A stretch of 63,853 nucleotides of DNA, the filler included, from Basidiobolus ranarum (Eukaryota), in assembly GCA_040143965.1 (NCBI GenBank). It is 37 parts of 37 records of this genome, joined end to end, with 100 filler letters (N's around TTAATTAATTAA, not from the genome) between each part and the next. Parts side by side here need not be neighbours in the genome. Positions count along the whole stretch, not along the records: positions 26,003 to 27,631 come from JASJQH010011550.1; positions 27,732 to 29,360 come from JASJQH010011551.1; positions 29,461 to 31,089 come from JASJQH010011552.1; positions 31,190 to 32,817 come from JASJQH010011553.1; positions 32,918 to 34,545 come from JASJQH010011554.1; positions 34,646 to 36,272 come from JASJQH010011555.1; positions 36,373 to 37,998 come from JASJQH010011556.1; positions 38,099 to 39,724 come from JASJQH010011557.1; 29 more parts are not named here. One strand, 5' to 3'. A program made the translations under genes and the position numbers. Below the pieces are notes generated by a model. It did no database searches, had not been told where the DNA came from, and saw nothing but the letters and a program-made list of their open reading frames with translations. Of the stretch, positions 26,003 to 38,769 are shown one piece after another (the stretch's first letter is position 1; each line of letters starts with the position of its first letter).

Positions 26003-27631
26003 AACTAGCTTATATGTGATATATGAAATAGCTAGGTGTATAAAGATAGAGATAACAAATATGATAAAGCCAATATGTTTCAATGCAATCACAAGCAATA
26101 ATGCTGCAATATTGCAATTGTCCCAACATTTGGAAGGAATAAGTCAGCAGTTAGAGAGACACTCAACAATAATACAAGAACTTCAAAATACTGTACTTGA
26201 GCTACAGAAACATGCTGCCCCCTCCATTCATTCTCATATGGGATTTCAATCAATCCCACACCATACTTTTGAACATCTCCATGACAATCTATCATAGCAA
26301 AATACAGTTTATCCCATAGAACTTACAAAATAATCCTACATTGCTTAGGCACATGAAAGTAGAAATTTTATAGGAAAACCAGCAAACTAAAAAACTCTGA
26401 ATGTCAGAGCTGCTCTCAATTGAACTGATGATGAATAGTGTAGCATCTTGAATACTGAGTGGAATCTTGCCCAAAACCACCTCAGTATGAGTCAATTGTG
26501 GAAAAACCAAAAACCAGGCATTTCTTGGAAAGTTCTTGACTGATTTCATGTGGCTTATTATGGGTTTTTGTTTGCAAATGGCAATTGGGCCAGTAAAGGC
26601 CTATACATGCAGGATGTCAAAAATGTACACAATTATTGAGTTGGGAAAGAAATGAAAGTAGCCAACAATGTACTTAAGGAGCAGAAAGTTAGTCAACCCA
26701 AGCAATGGCAAAGCTGGTCGTAGGTTTAGGCTCTACTGTCCCACTTACCAATTTCTTCACATCATTAAAAAGATCTGTATTTCCAGAGTCAAATATACAA
26801 GCAGATATACTGGCAATAAGGCTCAATTTTACCATGAAACCAATTAAGCAAGCTAGAGGCCTAACAAAAATAAAATTGATTTGATCTAGATGGGATCCAC
26901 CCACCAAAATAGCAAAACTGTCAGACAACCATCACAATATTGGTGGCTTGCATTCTGCCAGGTTTTTTTGATGTTATTCATACATGTTGAATTATTGATC
27001 CTCAAATTTGGCATACATTATACTATATCCAGCAATTTTTGCAAAAATATAATTTTCAAATGGCAAATTACTGGGTTTACTGCTGTAAGAATTTGAATTA
27101 ATATGCATCCCTTTATTTAGAAATTTTATGTTCTGTATTCCAGGCATTATGAGAATCAAAAAATACAAGAATCTTGTTGTGTTTAGTCTCTACATATACA
27201 CATACTTGACTGATTAGACATAACTGAACTACATCAATTTGCTTTACCAGCAAAATAATAGTGGAAAAATTGTTGTACATCTGAAATTTTCAAAAGCACT
27301 GACACTTGGCAAATAGTTGACTATTGTTACTGTTGACAATGAGAATAAGCTCTTGTATTTTGGCAAATTTCCATAAAGAATTCAGCCAATAGGTTGCCAA
27401 CTTGCAGTCAATAAATGTCCCGCCACAAGTAGAGTTGTCATTGCTTGAATAGATTACCCTATGGCTAAAAAAATAATACTTCTTATCTTGATCTATCTCA
27501 CCAAGAAGTATCTCTTGCCGCTTTCCTAAAAATACCTTCAGCTTATCACCCACGCAAAGTAGTCCAATTATAGAGGTATTTACTATGTGTCCATGGAATG
27601 GGCTTTGTTGCTTTTATTGTGATAAACAATG
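26003..27631. mobile_element. LTR-A remnant (to about 26085), CACTA ORF2 (plus, to 26858) and a CACTA right end from 26859
   Basis: Homology to other copies. The right terminus reads GCCTAACAAAAATAAAATTG. Confidence 0.8.
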
Positions 27632-27731
27632 NNNNNNNNNNNNNNNNNNNNNNNNNNNNNNNNNNNNNNNNNNNNTTAATTAATTAANNNNNNNNNNNNN
27701 NNNNNNNNNNNNNNNNNNNNNNNNNNNNNNN

Positions 27732-29250
27732 ATATCTGTTTATATTGCTAACTAGTCACCTGACCTTATCCAGTGACTTTATCATGTGACCTATCACCTG
27801 ACTAACTATCTATTTGCTTATCTCTTCTATCAGATCATATGACCAATCACATGATCATTATCCAATCAGTATTAACCTCAGAGTCATCTGCCTAGACACA
27901 AGTCAATATGAGTCACAAGATTCATAACCAATGATCTCTCACTTCCAAGACTTCAGCTGATGCATGACTCACTTATCTATCTATATATCTATCCAATCAC
28001 ATTATCTTTTATCAGAATCAGTCATCTAATATCTTGGCACTGACTAATTCATTTTGCTATCAAAAAGTATACATTAAGCTAACTGAACCTTTTGATTTAG
28101 TGTGTGTCTCAACAAATATGGGATCTCAACACTTCTCAGTGTGTCTCAACAAATATAGGATCATGACACTTCTCAGTGTTTCTCAACAAATTCAATATTC
28201 CCCTCTCATTTCTATCCAAGCCTAGTATCCACTAGCACCTACAGAACACCAAGCCTAGCTGCCTAGCAAACCTACTCTCTACTGTAACATAGCAACCCAC
28301 TGCTATTCCCAAGACATATATTAGTTAGATCTGCTCTGCTTATATATCCTGCTTAAACAGTTCTAAGATTCTGCACTTAACTGTTTCTTTGGTTCAGTAA
28401 AGTTCAAGACTTTTTATCCACTTTTCTCTTGCACACAACAGTGATCAGCTTTGCTATAATGGAAAAGTTCTTTCATTAATATCTGATTTATTTTGTATTC
28501 CATTTGCAAGGAGCCTGTTTCAGACCATACAAATTTCTTTGTAGTTTACATACTTGAAATTCTTTTCCTTTTGCAATATATACCTCTTGTTGATCCATGT
28601 ATATATTGTCATCAAATTCTTCATTATGAAATGTTGCCTCAACATCCATTTGTTCCATTAGTGTACCTTGGTGAGTAGCAATATCAAAGATTACTCTGAG
28701 TGAGATTAACTTGGAAATGTGAGAAAATGTTACACCATAGGCAATGCCATGTTTCTGAGCATAGCCTTTAACTACCAGTCTTGCTTTGTACCAGTTGATA
28801 GATCAATTAGAGTTAGGTTTCAGTGTTAGCACCTATCTGTTACCAATAGTTTTTCTTCTCATAGGTAAGTCCACCAGGATATATATGCTGTTCTTTATTA
28901 GAGAGTAAAATTCATCATCAGTGGCTTTTCACCATTCTGTTGCTTCAGCAGATTACAGAGCTTGTATCAAAATATCTGGTTCAGAAAAGGCTGTATATGC
29001 AGATATATTCCATCCTTTTTCTAAATTGAATCCATTGATTTCATGCTCTAATTTGAGACATCCAGAGCCCTTGGTAAAAAGGACAGATGTTTTACTCACA
29101 GGATGCTTCCAATTTCCACTTGGTAAGATATCTGAGACCTGATTGCCTGAATTTTATAATTGTTTAAATACTTCCAATAATTGATTGTATTTAATGACAG
29201 CCATATTGACAGTGGGATGTTTATAAGGCAAATGATTGGTCAGAAAATTA
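27732..29250 (-). mobile_element. Ty1/Copia family C: RT remnant, short 3' region, PPT and 3' LTR (28197 leftward)
   Basis: Minus strand reads WYKARLVVKGYAQKHG...QMDVEATF, then PPT GAGAGGGGAA. The LTR matches 62746-63205 and 63355-63852. Confidence 0.8.
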
Positions 29251-29251
29251 T

Positions 29252-29360
29252 TGTTGAAATTAGCATTGCCTAAACACCTATATAGTCATATATAGCTTAG
29301 TACTTAGTTATCTTATAATTCACTAAGATATTATCAATTATTCTCAATCGGAATTTACTT
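29252..29360 (+). mobile_element. Copia family B LTR start
   Basis: TGTTGAAATTAGCATTGCC, matching the LTR at 4647 (minus). Confidence 0.8.
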
Positions 29361-29460
29361 NNNNNNNNNNNNNNNNNNNNNNNNNNNNNNNNNNNNNNNN
29401 NNNNTTAATTAATTAANNNNNNNNNNNNNNNNNNNNNNNNNNNNNNNNNNNNNNNNNNNN

Positions 29461-31089
29461 CTGCTAACAGACTTTTTCCCAGACAAAAATTCTTCAATAT
29501 AAAGATGGAAAAGTCTGAAAGTATGGTTACTCATATTGCAGATGTGAGATCTTGGGCACAATATCTGGAAAAATTGGTGCAACTTTACAGGAAGAAAATG
29601 TCATTATGACTCTTGTAAGTAGTCTACCAGAACAGTATTTAAACTTTGTCACAGCTTTAGAGGCAAGTTCTGATAATTAATCTTTGGAGTTTGTGGTGGC
29701 AAGACTAATTGATCAACACATTAGAAGTTTGAATTTGGAAAAAGAATGTGAGGAAGTGGCTCTTTTTGGAGCTGGAAAACATATCTTTGGCAAGTACAAA
29801 GGTTACAGAAGAAGGAAACCAGGTCTATGCTATGGTTGTAACAAACCAGGACACCAGTTAAAAGATTGCAAATCAGGCAACTACAACAAAAATGAGAAGT
29901 CAGAACAAGCAAATCAGGTTTCAACCACAGAGGAAGTTTTATTCATTTCTGCCCTGTCAGTGAACCTCCGAACAAGAATGTAAGACATGGTATATTGATT
30001 CTGGAGCCTCTCAACATTTCTCCAATTGAAAAACTGGTTTAAGACACTCAAAACTGACATAAACAAAAAAGTTCAGATGGGCGCTGACCAGCTACTAGAA
30101 GCTTTGGAAGTCAGAGAAATTGTAGTGGATCTTGAGGGCATCTGTGGGGACATGTATTTGACACTGAAAAATGTGCTATATGTGCCTGGGATAGCAAAAA
30201 ATTTGTTATCAGTCAGTAGAGCTACATCTGAGGGATATAGCTTTAATTTTGATCAAAATGGCTAAACAATCAGGGATCAAAATGGGATTTACATAACTTC
30301 TGGTGCTTAGCAAAATACCTTGTAGAAACTTCAATATATTAGGCCATGATATGAGCAAGTTAATACTGCCACAGCTGAAGAGATAGACTGTAAATGTGGC
30401 ATAGGAGATTGGGTCATCCAAGAGCTGCAAATGCAAGAAATCTGATCAAAGGAAGTTTGTTTTTGGACTAAATTTTACAATTCTACCAGATCTGGTGCTA
30501 TGTGAAGGTTTCCTATATGGTAGGCAACATAGACAGCTATTTGTGGGATCTGGAATGAGCAAAACTGATCAAAAATAGGGCCTGATACACTCAGATCTGT
30601 TTGGCCCAATGCAGAAAAAATCTCTAGGCAGAAAAAGGTAATTTATGACCTTTATCATTGATTAGACAAAGTATACTTGGGTGTACTCTCTGGCCAGTAA
30701 GGATGAAGCCTTTGATACCATCAAGAAATTCAAGGCAATGGTGGAGGCGGAATCTGGCCTAAAGATTAAGATTATCCATACTGATAATGGAGAGGTATAT
30801 AACTCAGAACTCTTCTCTAACTACTGGTCAACACATGGAATAAAGCAGCAAACTACAGTGCCATATTCCCTACAGCAGAAAGGAATAGCAGAATGTGCAA
30901 ACATATTAATAATGGAAAAGGCAAGATCAATGCTCATGATCAAGATCTACCAAAACAGTTTTGGGCTGAGTTGGTTGAAACTGCAGTATATATTAGGAAT
31001 AGATGTCCTTCTGGGTCTCTATTGGCTATGACACCTTATCAAGCTTGGTTTGGAAGTAAACCTGATGTGGCTAATCTCAGAGTTTTTGG
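29461..31089 (+). pseudogene. Ty1/Copia family A gag-pol (zinc knuckle, protease, integrase)
   Basis: CYGCNKPGHQLKDC, WYIDSGASQH, NVLYVPGIAKNLLSV, IHTDNG, FWAELVETAVYIRNR. Confidence 0.95.
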
Positions 31090-31189
31090 NNNNNNNNNNN
31101 NNNNNNNNNNNNNNNNNNNNNNNNNNNNNNNNNTTAATTAATTAANNNNNNNNNNNNNNNNNNNNNNNNNNNNNNNNNNNNNNNNNNNN

Positions 31190-31535
31190 AAGACAAATTG
31201 CTAATTCAATGTTCAAGAGCTTAAACTTCCAAGTATGGATGGAAAGGCTTGGTAGACACCTACCAAACATGTTCTGCTGTCAGCAAGGTGTCTCTTAGAA
31301 AATAACTCTCTATCCCAAAGAAAAAGCTAGGAGAAGCCATAAAATCACTAATCAATATGGTCACTATTTTTGTGGATGTAATGAAATATCATTGGATATC
31401 ATAGTTACAGTCTTACATAACAGAAATCTAACTATGCTGGAGCATAATACATTACCACCTGTGGCATCAGAGAGACCCAAAAAATCATTACTGGCAAGAT
31501 ATAACTAAAAAAATTGGAGTTCAAAACTGACTCAC
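31190..31535 (+). pseudogene. Copia family B gag remnant
   Basis: Nucleotide homology to 52270-52580 (GACAAATTGCTAATTCAATGTTCAAGAGCT). Confidence 0.75.
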
Positions 31536-32478
31536 TGATGGTCTCTACTTTCTAGGATATCGAATCTAATACTTGTCACTCCCACTGGGTTGTGGCACGC
31601 CAAAACAAATTTCTCTACAATGACCATGAAGTTGCTGCGAGTAGCCAGATACATCTTTGTTGAAATTGGTATAAAACTCTGCACTAGACTCGGAAATTTT
31701 GCAAATACAGCCAAGGTCATAGTCTTATACTACCAGAATGCTACCTCCAAATCGCCCATTTCCAACACTTGTCTAGTGGTTAAGAATCTTTTTTATCACT
31801 CTAAACCTTTTGTATATTATCTCAGCAAGTTCTGTGAATCTCCATCATCACAAACAAATCTTGACGAGAAATATGTAATGCTTTTAGTAGTTACGGGCTC
31901 TACTTTCCCAATGAGTATTAAGTACTTGAATGGTAAGCTTGACCAGGTGAGAAAGAGAGAAATTATAATCAAAAGAAGTCACAACGCTATGAAATTTTGG
32001 AGGGGGGGGAGTACATCAGATGATATTGTAAAGCAAGCAGCTATGCAACCCACGTTTGATTTTTAAGAATTGTTGTATAAATGTCCGTAAAACTAAATAG
32101 GACATTGCTACCTGCCTTGGGGATCTCAAGATGTCCCACGTCTAAATTAGGTAGAAAAAAGCAAATCAGTAATGAGCAATAGTGAATACACTGATTTGAT
32201 GTATGATCCCTCGCTGATGGTTGATGAAGAAAAGCAATATGAAACCTGATGCTTTAGTGAATGATTAAGCAGTGTATAGTGTATGCTCGACTCCATACAG
32301 CAAAATTTTATTGATGTCTAATTATAGAAAATATGACTATTGGTTAGTCAGTCATCAGTAAGTTTCACGACTTGAAATAGAACGTCATCTAATCGTGGGA
32401 ATTTCCATTTACTATATATATAAGAGGCATGGGCACAGAATACTGTACCATATTCCCCTCTGGTACTACTTCAGAATC

Positions 32479-32817
32479 ATGCCCTCTTATACTTTGTATA
32501 TGCTCAACAAGAATTACTCTTCTTGGAGTATTCGGACTTTTCTTGCTGCTCGCCATGTGAAATTACCAATGGAAGTTGAAATGATCTATATGGACGAGCC
32601 TAACTTCAAACAAGAAATTCAGAAGATTAGTCCTAGCATGAAGGTACCGTCATTAAAAGTGACTGAAGACTCCGGAAAATCGTATTTCGTTTGGGATTCA
32701 CTTTCCATCCTTGAGTATCTTGCTGAGCTTTATCCCGAGTTACTCCCCGAGGATAGGGAAGAGAGATCTTTGGCCAGAGCAGTGTCTGCTGAGATGCACG
32801 CTGGCTTTCCCAAACTT
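32479..32817 (+). CDS. glutathione S-transferase (3' truncated)
   Basis: MPSYTLYMLNKNYSSWSIR...ISPSMKVPSL...VWDSLSILEYLAE...ARAVSAEMHAGF. Intact frame to the contig end and a TATA-like run at 32413-32423. The ATG at 32479 is preferred over the ORF-track start. Confidence 0.93.
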
Positions 32818-32917
32818 NNNNNNNNNNNNNNNNNNNNNNNNNNNNNNNNNNNNNNNNNNNNTTAATTAATTAANNNNNNNNNNNNNNNNNNNNNNNNNNN
32901 NNNNNNNNNNNNNNNNN

Positions 32918-34545
32918 TTGACGGTGTTTTGGTTGAACTTTGCTCAACTATTGATTTACTATGTAATTGGGGGATTACAATCTCTTCACTTGCACTATTG
33001 CTGGAAAGGAACACATCTGGTAAATTGATTAATGCTTCATCATTACTTGAGTTAGTTTCCGGCATGTTAACGCCTTCCAAAGTGGATAGTGGATTGCTAG
33101 ACTGCTCATGAATTACGTCCTCTGTTCTTGCTGGTTTTTTTCCTTTCATGCCTGCAGGCTTTGGCTTGGAAGCTAATTTTGACTTAGATTTTGAATGCTT
33201 TTTGAATGTCTTTGAAATTTTCAGATGGTAAACTTTGTGTAATGAAATTGCTTAGAAACAGCTTAAAATAAACCAAAATTGCCATCCATTAAGTGAAATA
33301 TCTTGTAAATGCCCAGATGACTCATCTGTGACACCATCTTAGAATCAGCTGCTGATATTGATGGGCTATACCTAAAATACCACTCTTATATAGGAGGTGT
33401 TCTTTTTTCTACAAAATTCTTCTCATTCCACAACACAAATGTTTACAGAGGCCCTGCTATTATTGTCACATATTCTTAGGCTATGATAGCTGGAGGCTCG
33501 ATAGAAAAAAAATCACAAGCATGGTCACTGTGCAAAGCCACCAGCTGCACAAAGCCTGGTGAATATCAACAGTAATAAGTGCAAAAAAATTGACTTTAGT
33601 CTTGCCCACTGAATCCACTGACTGTACTTTGCCTCAAGGTTTTAGTAACACTGCCAAAAGTCAAGATACTGTGGAGTTACCACAGTTATATGACCAGAAT
33701 GATGTAGATAGAAATGCAACTTTGGTTGAACCAGTAATTCTAGACAATTTTGAGGACATGCTGCTAGATGTGGACCTTGGTTATTCTAGTACTGATAGTT
33801 GTATATTAGAAGTTGAAGAAGATGATAGTTTTGTTACAGACTCTTTGTTATCAGCAAGCATTTGTTCACTAATAACACTTACAGTAGAGCAAGCAGCTTT
33901 GATCATTGAGGAGTGGAGAGTTCAATCCAATCTTAGCAACCAGGTGTTTACTGGTTTTCTTACACTTTTACCACCGTTGATTGGCAAGTGTTGCTTGTCA
34001 CAGACCTGGTACAAGTAGAAAACACTTGTCAATTGTATGACCTATAATCCTTCAGTAATTAAAATACCTTCATGTCCAAATGGTTGTTTGGCTTTCACCA
34101 GTGATCTGAAAAACCTGAAGTAATGTACTGTTTGCACACCATTTGCAATCACTGAATCAGAAAAATATGGTTCATACTTGGCTTACTTACCTTTGATTCC
34201 CCAATGTAAAGTCTTGATGAAATCACCCAAATATAGATCATTGAATCAATACAAAAGTACTCAGCATAAAGCTGATGGTATTACCAGTATACTTGATGGA
34301 TATCTCTACCAGAATCTGAAAAGTCAAGGTTTCTTTGAGAACCTCTATGATCATGCATTTGCACTGGCTCTGGATGGTTTCTTGTCAAAAAAAATACCAT
34401 TGGAAAGGCTTGCTGGCCAATAATTTTAATCAACTTAAATCTTCCTCCTTCTGATGGTATAAGAGTCATAATATTCTGATACTATCTATCATATCTGGAC
34501 CTAAATCACCGGTGCTTATAGATAGCTTCTTGGAGCCTTTGATTG
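32918..34545 (+). mobile_element. CACTA family core with Transposase_21 region
   Basis: CPNGCLAF, AYLPLIP, ILDGYLY, LALDGF, WPIILINLNLPP, IISGPKSP..DSFLEPL. Confidence 0.9.
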
Positions 34546-34645
34546 NNNNNNNNNNNNNNNNNNNNNNNNNNNNNNNNNNNNNNNNNNNNTTAATTAATTA
34601 ANNNNNNNNNNNNNNNNNNNNNNNNNNNNNNNNNNNNNNNNNNNN

Positions 34646-36272
34646 TTTTTCCACAATTTGCTCAAATCCAGGAGATTTTGGGCAAGATTCCACACAGTTT
34701 CCAAAATGTTAAACCACTCATCATCAGAGCAAGTGACAACAGCTCTGACATTCAGAGTCTTTTGGTTTGCTGGTTTTTCTATGAGATTTCTACTTTTGTG
34801 TACTGAGCAATTTTTAGTTTTTGTGTAGGCTTAATGGTCCAACATATATTCTGCTCTGGTAGATTGTCACAGTGACCTTCATATGTATGATGTGGGATTG
34901 ATTGAAATCCAATATGAGAATGGACAGAGGGAGCAGCATGTTGCTGCAGCTCAAGTAGAGCATTCACAAGATATTGTATCATTGTTGAGTGACTCTCTAA
35001 CTGTTGACTAGTTGCTTCCAAAGGCTGCATTTATTGCAATATTGCGGTTTTATTGCTTGTCATGGCCTGTATAGCAACTTTGTTGCTTTTACTTATGATT
35101 GCATACAAATCATTATGTTGTCCTGCCTGTGATTCACTTGTTGTAATAGTTCTATCAAAATTTTCTATGGAGGGTTGTTTAATAGTGGGCCAAGTAGCCA
35201 TCTTGGCAGTAGATGGTCTTGAGGGTGTTTTAGTTGAACTTTGCTCAATTATTGATTCACTATGTAATTGGAGGATTACTATCTCTTCACTTGCAATATT
35301 GCTGGAAAGGAACACATATGGTAAATTGATCAATGCTTCATCATTACTTGAGTTAGTTTCCGTCAAGTTAGTGCCTTCCAAAGTGGATAGTGGATTGCTG
35401 GACTGCTCATCAATTAAGTCCTCTGTTCTTGCTGGTTTTTTTCCTTTTGTGGCAGCCGGCTTTGGCTTGGAAGCCAATTTTGGTTTAAATTTTGAATGCT
35501 TTTTGAATGGCATTGAAATTTTCAGGTGGTAAACTTGGTGTAATTAAATTTCTTAGAAACAGCTTATAATAAACCATAATTGCCATCTATTTCCAGGAAT
35601 ATCTTGTGAACCCCTGATGACTCATCAGTGACACCATCTCAGAGTAAGCTCATAATATTGATAGGCTATACCTAAAATACCACCGTTATGAAGGAGATGT
35701 TCATTTTTCTACAATATCCTTATCATGCCACAACATGAACATTTAAAGAAGCACAGCTATTTTTGTCACAAATTCTTGTGCTATGAAAGCTGTAGGCTTC
35801 ATAGAAAAAATAATCATATGTATGGTCACTGTATAAAGCCACCAGCTGCACAAAGCCTTGTGTATAACAATAGTCATAGTACACTAAATTGACTTTAGTT
35901 TTGCCCATTGGGTCCACTGACCATAGTTTGCCTCCAAGTTTTGGTAACACTGCCAAAAGTCAAGATACTGTGGAGCTAACACAGCTATATAACCAGAATC
36001 ATGTAGGTCAAAATGCAACTTTGGTCAAACCAGTAAGTCCAGACAACTTTGAGGACTTGCAGCTAGATGTTGACCTTGGTTATTCCAGTACAGATGGTAG
36101 TATATCGGAAGTTGAAGAAGAAGACAACGGTTTTGTTACAGACTCTTTGTTATTGGCAAACATTAGTCCACTCATAATACTTACAGTAAAGGAAGCAGCT
36201 TTGATTATTGAGGAGTGGAGAGTTCAATCCAATCTTAGCAACCAGGTGTTTATTGGTTTTCTTACACTTTTA
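34646..36272 (+). mobile_element. CACTA family core (ORF2 ATG 35513 on minus; transposase 5' end on plus)
   Basis: Colinear with 8682-10316. Confidence 0.88.
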
Positions 36273-36372
36273 NNNNNNNNNNNNNNNNNNNNNNNNNNNN
36301 NNNNNNNNNNNNNNNNTTAATTAATTAANNNNNNNNNNNNNNNNNNNNNNNNNNNNNNNNNNNNNNNNNNNN

Positions 36373-37998
36373 ACTCTATAAAAATATTCAGGAGAATATA
36401 TCAAAGAGACTAGGGATTTTGAAGGTGACAAATTAGCATTCAAGTGGTAATTGTGTAAAATTTGAGTTACATTTTTTGCACATGTGGTGTTCCATAGTTC
36501 TCTGAGATTTTAGCCAATGATTTGCAACTATTGTGGGAGATCTTGAAATTTCACTCCTGAAACTGAAAAAATTGATTAAAATCAAATCTAACTTGACAAT
36601 TTGATGACAGTAAGTAAACAGTCAACCCCAAATGGATTAAAATTGTGACGGTTTTCCTACAATAACAATCCTCAAATTTCTGTCAGGAACAGTGAATTCC
36701 CCATCTCAAAGTTTTAAAGTAATCACCCAAATGTAGATCATTGAACCAAATATTAAAGTACTCATCATAAAGCTGATGGTATTACTAAAATACTTGATGG
36801 ATATCACCTAACAGAAATTTGAGGATTGTTATTGTAGGAAAACCATAACAATTTTAATCCATCTGGTATTGACCGTTTAGTTAACATCATAAGAATGTCA
36901 AGTTAGATTTGATTTTAATCAATTCTTTCAGTTTTGGAAGTGAAAATTCAAGATCTTGCAAAATAGTTGCACATGATTAGCTACAATCTCAGAGAACTAT
37001 GGATCCACACATGTGCAAAAACATTACTCAAATTTTACACAACTACCACTTGAATGCTAATTCGCCACCTTCAAAATCCCTAGTCTCTTTGATGTATTCT
37101 CCTGAATAATTTTACATAGTTCTTCATACCCAATGCAAGTTTGCATCAATATTCACATTTCAATATCTCCATCAAAGCCTACCATTGTATTAATGTTGCT
37201 GAATTCACATTCTGCCAGCTGTCTGGTAGATACCCTGCAATATTGTGCCACTCTGTAATAGGTTCTTCCCAAATCTCTGCATGGTCAACACCAGACTGAA
37301 TTTCAAGTTGAATGTTCTTCTTCTGAAGCTCCTTTCAGCATACTTGCACTGTGTTTTTTCCCTGAGAATTTTCAAAATTCTCCTCAAGCACTTTGACTAT
37401 TTTGGTATGTCCTTGTAGTGTGATGCTACTGAGGGTGCTTTGTGGTGTATGTGTGGCTTTCTGCTTGCCTTTAAGTTTGGGGCTAATTTCAAAACTTTGA
37501 AAAGTACCAGTTGAGGTTGGAAAGCCTTAAGTCTTATTTCCTAGTGTTTTGGCCTGTTGAGAGGTGCCAGGTGTTGGGTAAACTTCTGAATTTAGCACTC
37601 TTCCAACTGGTGTACCTGAGTTCATGGTGAAATTAAGCTTTTTTTGCCAGTATATCTGACTCTGGAATTGCAGATCTTTGTAATGGTGTGAAGAATTTGG
37701 CAAGTGGGACAGTAGAGCCTAAACTCACTGGCTCCTTTGCTTTTCCCTCTGGTTATTAACTTTCAGCTCCTTGAGTACTTCTTTAGCTACTTTTCTTTCT
37801 TTTCCAAGTTGATAATTGCATACATTTCTGGGATGTTTGATGAATAGGCCTATACTAGCCCAATTGCCATTTGCTTGCAACAACTCAGGATAAGCCACTT
37901 GAAATAAGTCAAGAACATTCAGAGTAATGCCTGGTTTTTGGTTTTTCCATGATTGGCTCAAATCCAGGTGATTTTAGGCAAGATTCTGCACAGTTTCC
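36373..37998. mobile_element. two back-to-back CACTA left termini (36688, 36806) around about 117 bp of transposase, then left arm with the ORF2 C-terminal half
   Basis: ...TTTCTGTCAGGA, a transposase fragment, then ACCTAACAGAAATTTGAGG. This contig links the left terminus to ORF2. Confidence 0.85.
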
Positions 37999-38098
37999 NN
38001 NNNNNNNNNNNNNNNNNNNNNNNNNNNNNNNNNNNNNNNNNNTTAATTAATTAANNNNNNNNNNNNNNNNNNNNNNNNNNNNNNNNNNNNNNNNNNNN

Positions 38099-38769
38099 GC
38101 TGAGTAAGAGCTCGCATAATATCTTCCATTGTGGGGGCTGGTGTAGACATAATACTTACTGTGTTGGGAGAGGGAAGTTTTAAAACCACAAGTTTCTCTA
38201 GGAATGATATTCACCATGAAATGTCCAACTTTCTGTTGAAGAAATGATTAGCGACAAGGACTGGGAACAGTGACAAGAGGCTAGAAGGCAGGAGAGTACT
38301 TGGGTGTAGACCATAAGACAAGACAAGACAAGACTGGATAAGGAAGAAACTTTGGCAAGAATCTTTATTGATAACTGGCATTGATCAGACTGAGGTCTGA
38401 TCAAGGAATACGTGGGTCTTATATAGATATTGCAAGGTGAAACATAATATACTGAATAGGGAATATAGTGTGGCAAGTTCAACAGTTGGGGTGTTAGGGA
38501 CTACAAGGACCAATACAAAGATGGATGATGTAAGGATGATCAGGTGACATTCTATGGAAGGTCTTGGCAGAAATACACTATGTGCGGGATGACATGACTG
38601 GTTAGGTTTCATGGAATGTTCCAATGAACATGACTTCCATATAAGGTAATCTGGATGAACTAACACCAGATTGCCAAGAAGGGATGGCACAGCAGATATG
38701 ATGTTATAATCTAATAATAGAGAAGTTCTATTTGTAGTGGATCAGTGTGCCAAGATCAGAATCATGACA
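38099..38769 (-). mobile_element. Gypsy 5' LTR, leader and probable gag start (ATG 38150), nested in another Gypsy copy
   Basis: TGTCATGA start at 38769, homologous to LTR 54706-55230. Followed by MSTPAPTMEDIMRALTQ. Confidence 0.8.

Noticed and set aside
28107-28191. 37-bp repeats as a CRISPR array
   Set aside because: The units are directly tandem with no unique spacers, lie inside an LTR, and no cas genes are present.
31590-32066. 158-aa ORF upstream of the GST
   Set aside because: Non-ATG start, no recognisable motif on either strand, and adjacent to TE debris.
35053-35532. Recurrent ORFs such as MVELCSTIDL..., LGISNL..., MIGYNLRELW... and the LTR-internal ORFs
   Set aside because: These are antisense shadows of real frames (CACTA ORF2, pirin alternative frame) or non-coding terminal/LTR sequence. 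They recur only because the repeats do.
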